The translations under genes and the position numbers were made by a program. A stretch of 64,000 bases of DNA from Paraspadella gotoi (taxonomy: Eukaryota; Animalia; Chaetognatha), in assembly GCA_051294375.1 (NCBI GenBank), contig CM119264.1:15711473-15775472 (forward strand), given 5' to 3'. Positions 63,050-64,000 of the stretch are shown piece after piece (within the stretch, counting starts at the first letter, position 1; every line of letters begins with the position of its first letter). The notes under the pieces were generated by a model. The model ran no database searches and was not told where the DNA came from. It saw nothing but the letters and a program-made list of their open reading frames with translations.

Positions 63050-64000
63050 TTATATATATATATATATAATACTCATAATTATTATATTGATTAAAAATTG
63101 GATAGATAAATTGAAATGAAATTTTTTGTGTTGGTAGGAAACTATGAGATTAAGCTGGATATTAGACACATTTTTTCCACTGAAAATTGTTATGGAAAAG
63201 GTATAATTCTTTTCGTATTTTAGGGCTATACAAAATAAATGCATTTTTCGTACATTTTTTTTAATATCTCGCCTTTCCCAGAGGCATTAAAGTGCCACGG
63301 GCGTCAAAATAATTGATTTTCAGCAATTTCTGAGGTTTTTCATAAATTTTTTTAGATAATTATAAAAATAATGATAAAATTTGTATTATCTGTTATACGT
63401 AAATGTTGTCTGAAATATTTAATTGTAATTTAAATAATCTCAAACCGTTATTGGGAATTTTTAATAATATATTAAAACCGGAAGTTAAGTTATTGGCATG
63501 AACTTTTTTTTAAAATTGAAAAATTGAGATCACAGATTCAAATACTTTTAATTGCTTTAAGAAAACTGGCAAAGACCAAGTTTTAAAAATTAAAATAATA
63601 ATGGATTTCATAACAAAAAAATCAGTAAAAAAGGGCCATAGATAAAATTGTGACCAAAATGGCCGCTGCCGTTTTAAAGTTTTAAAAGTTTAAAAGTTTT
63701 TAACTTTTTTGCTTTGGGGTGGTCGCGACAGGTCGTGTGTGATGCATATCATATCCCTGCAAAAAGCAACTCGAATTTGCTTAGGATTATAGGTAATTGC
63801 AGTTCTATCATCGTAAACACGAGGCATCGCCAGTTTTCCCATTTCAATACAAGTGTCTTTTTCGCATCTTTTGCGATGACTTCAATGCGTACTCCGCGGT
63901 CACGTCAAAATAAGAGTGGCACGCTTAAATAGTTACATCAAAATTCTTGTACGAATCTTGTTCAGCCTTGCACTTGTCGCAAAGAGAGAGATCTTCCCCT

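Overview
AT-rich eukaryotic, probably invertebrate, genomic DNA with four N gaps. The only intact protein-coding gene I can reconstruct is a 10-exon IMP dehydrogenase (IMPDH) on the + strand (ATG 1901 to TAA 39444, 1554 nt CDS, 517 aa), with a TATA/Inr-like promoter at about 1801-1836. Its introns and the downstream 24 kb are almost entirely nested transposons: kb-scale foldback elements, Tc1/hAT/Chapaev-like MITEs, Helentron-associated (DINE-1/HINE-like) repeats, two kinds of Penelope-like retroelement fragments, solo LTRs and tRNA-headed SINE-like elements. The main observation is a dense set of self-cleaving ribozyme motifs. Four unrelated repeat families carry circularly permuted (type-P5) twister ribozymes with mutual covariation. 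In three of them stem P1 is a loopless 6-nt palindrome (AGGCCU, CGGCCG, GGCGCU), which suggests dimer-dependent twisters in SINE/retrozyme-like elements. About 11 minimal type-I hammerheads with palindromic stem III also occur, some in palindromic, TSD-flanked insertions. All structures were folded by eye; nothing was checked computationally or experimentally.
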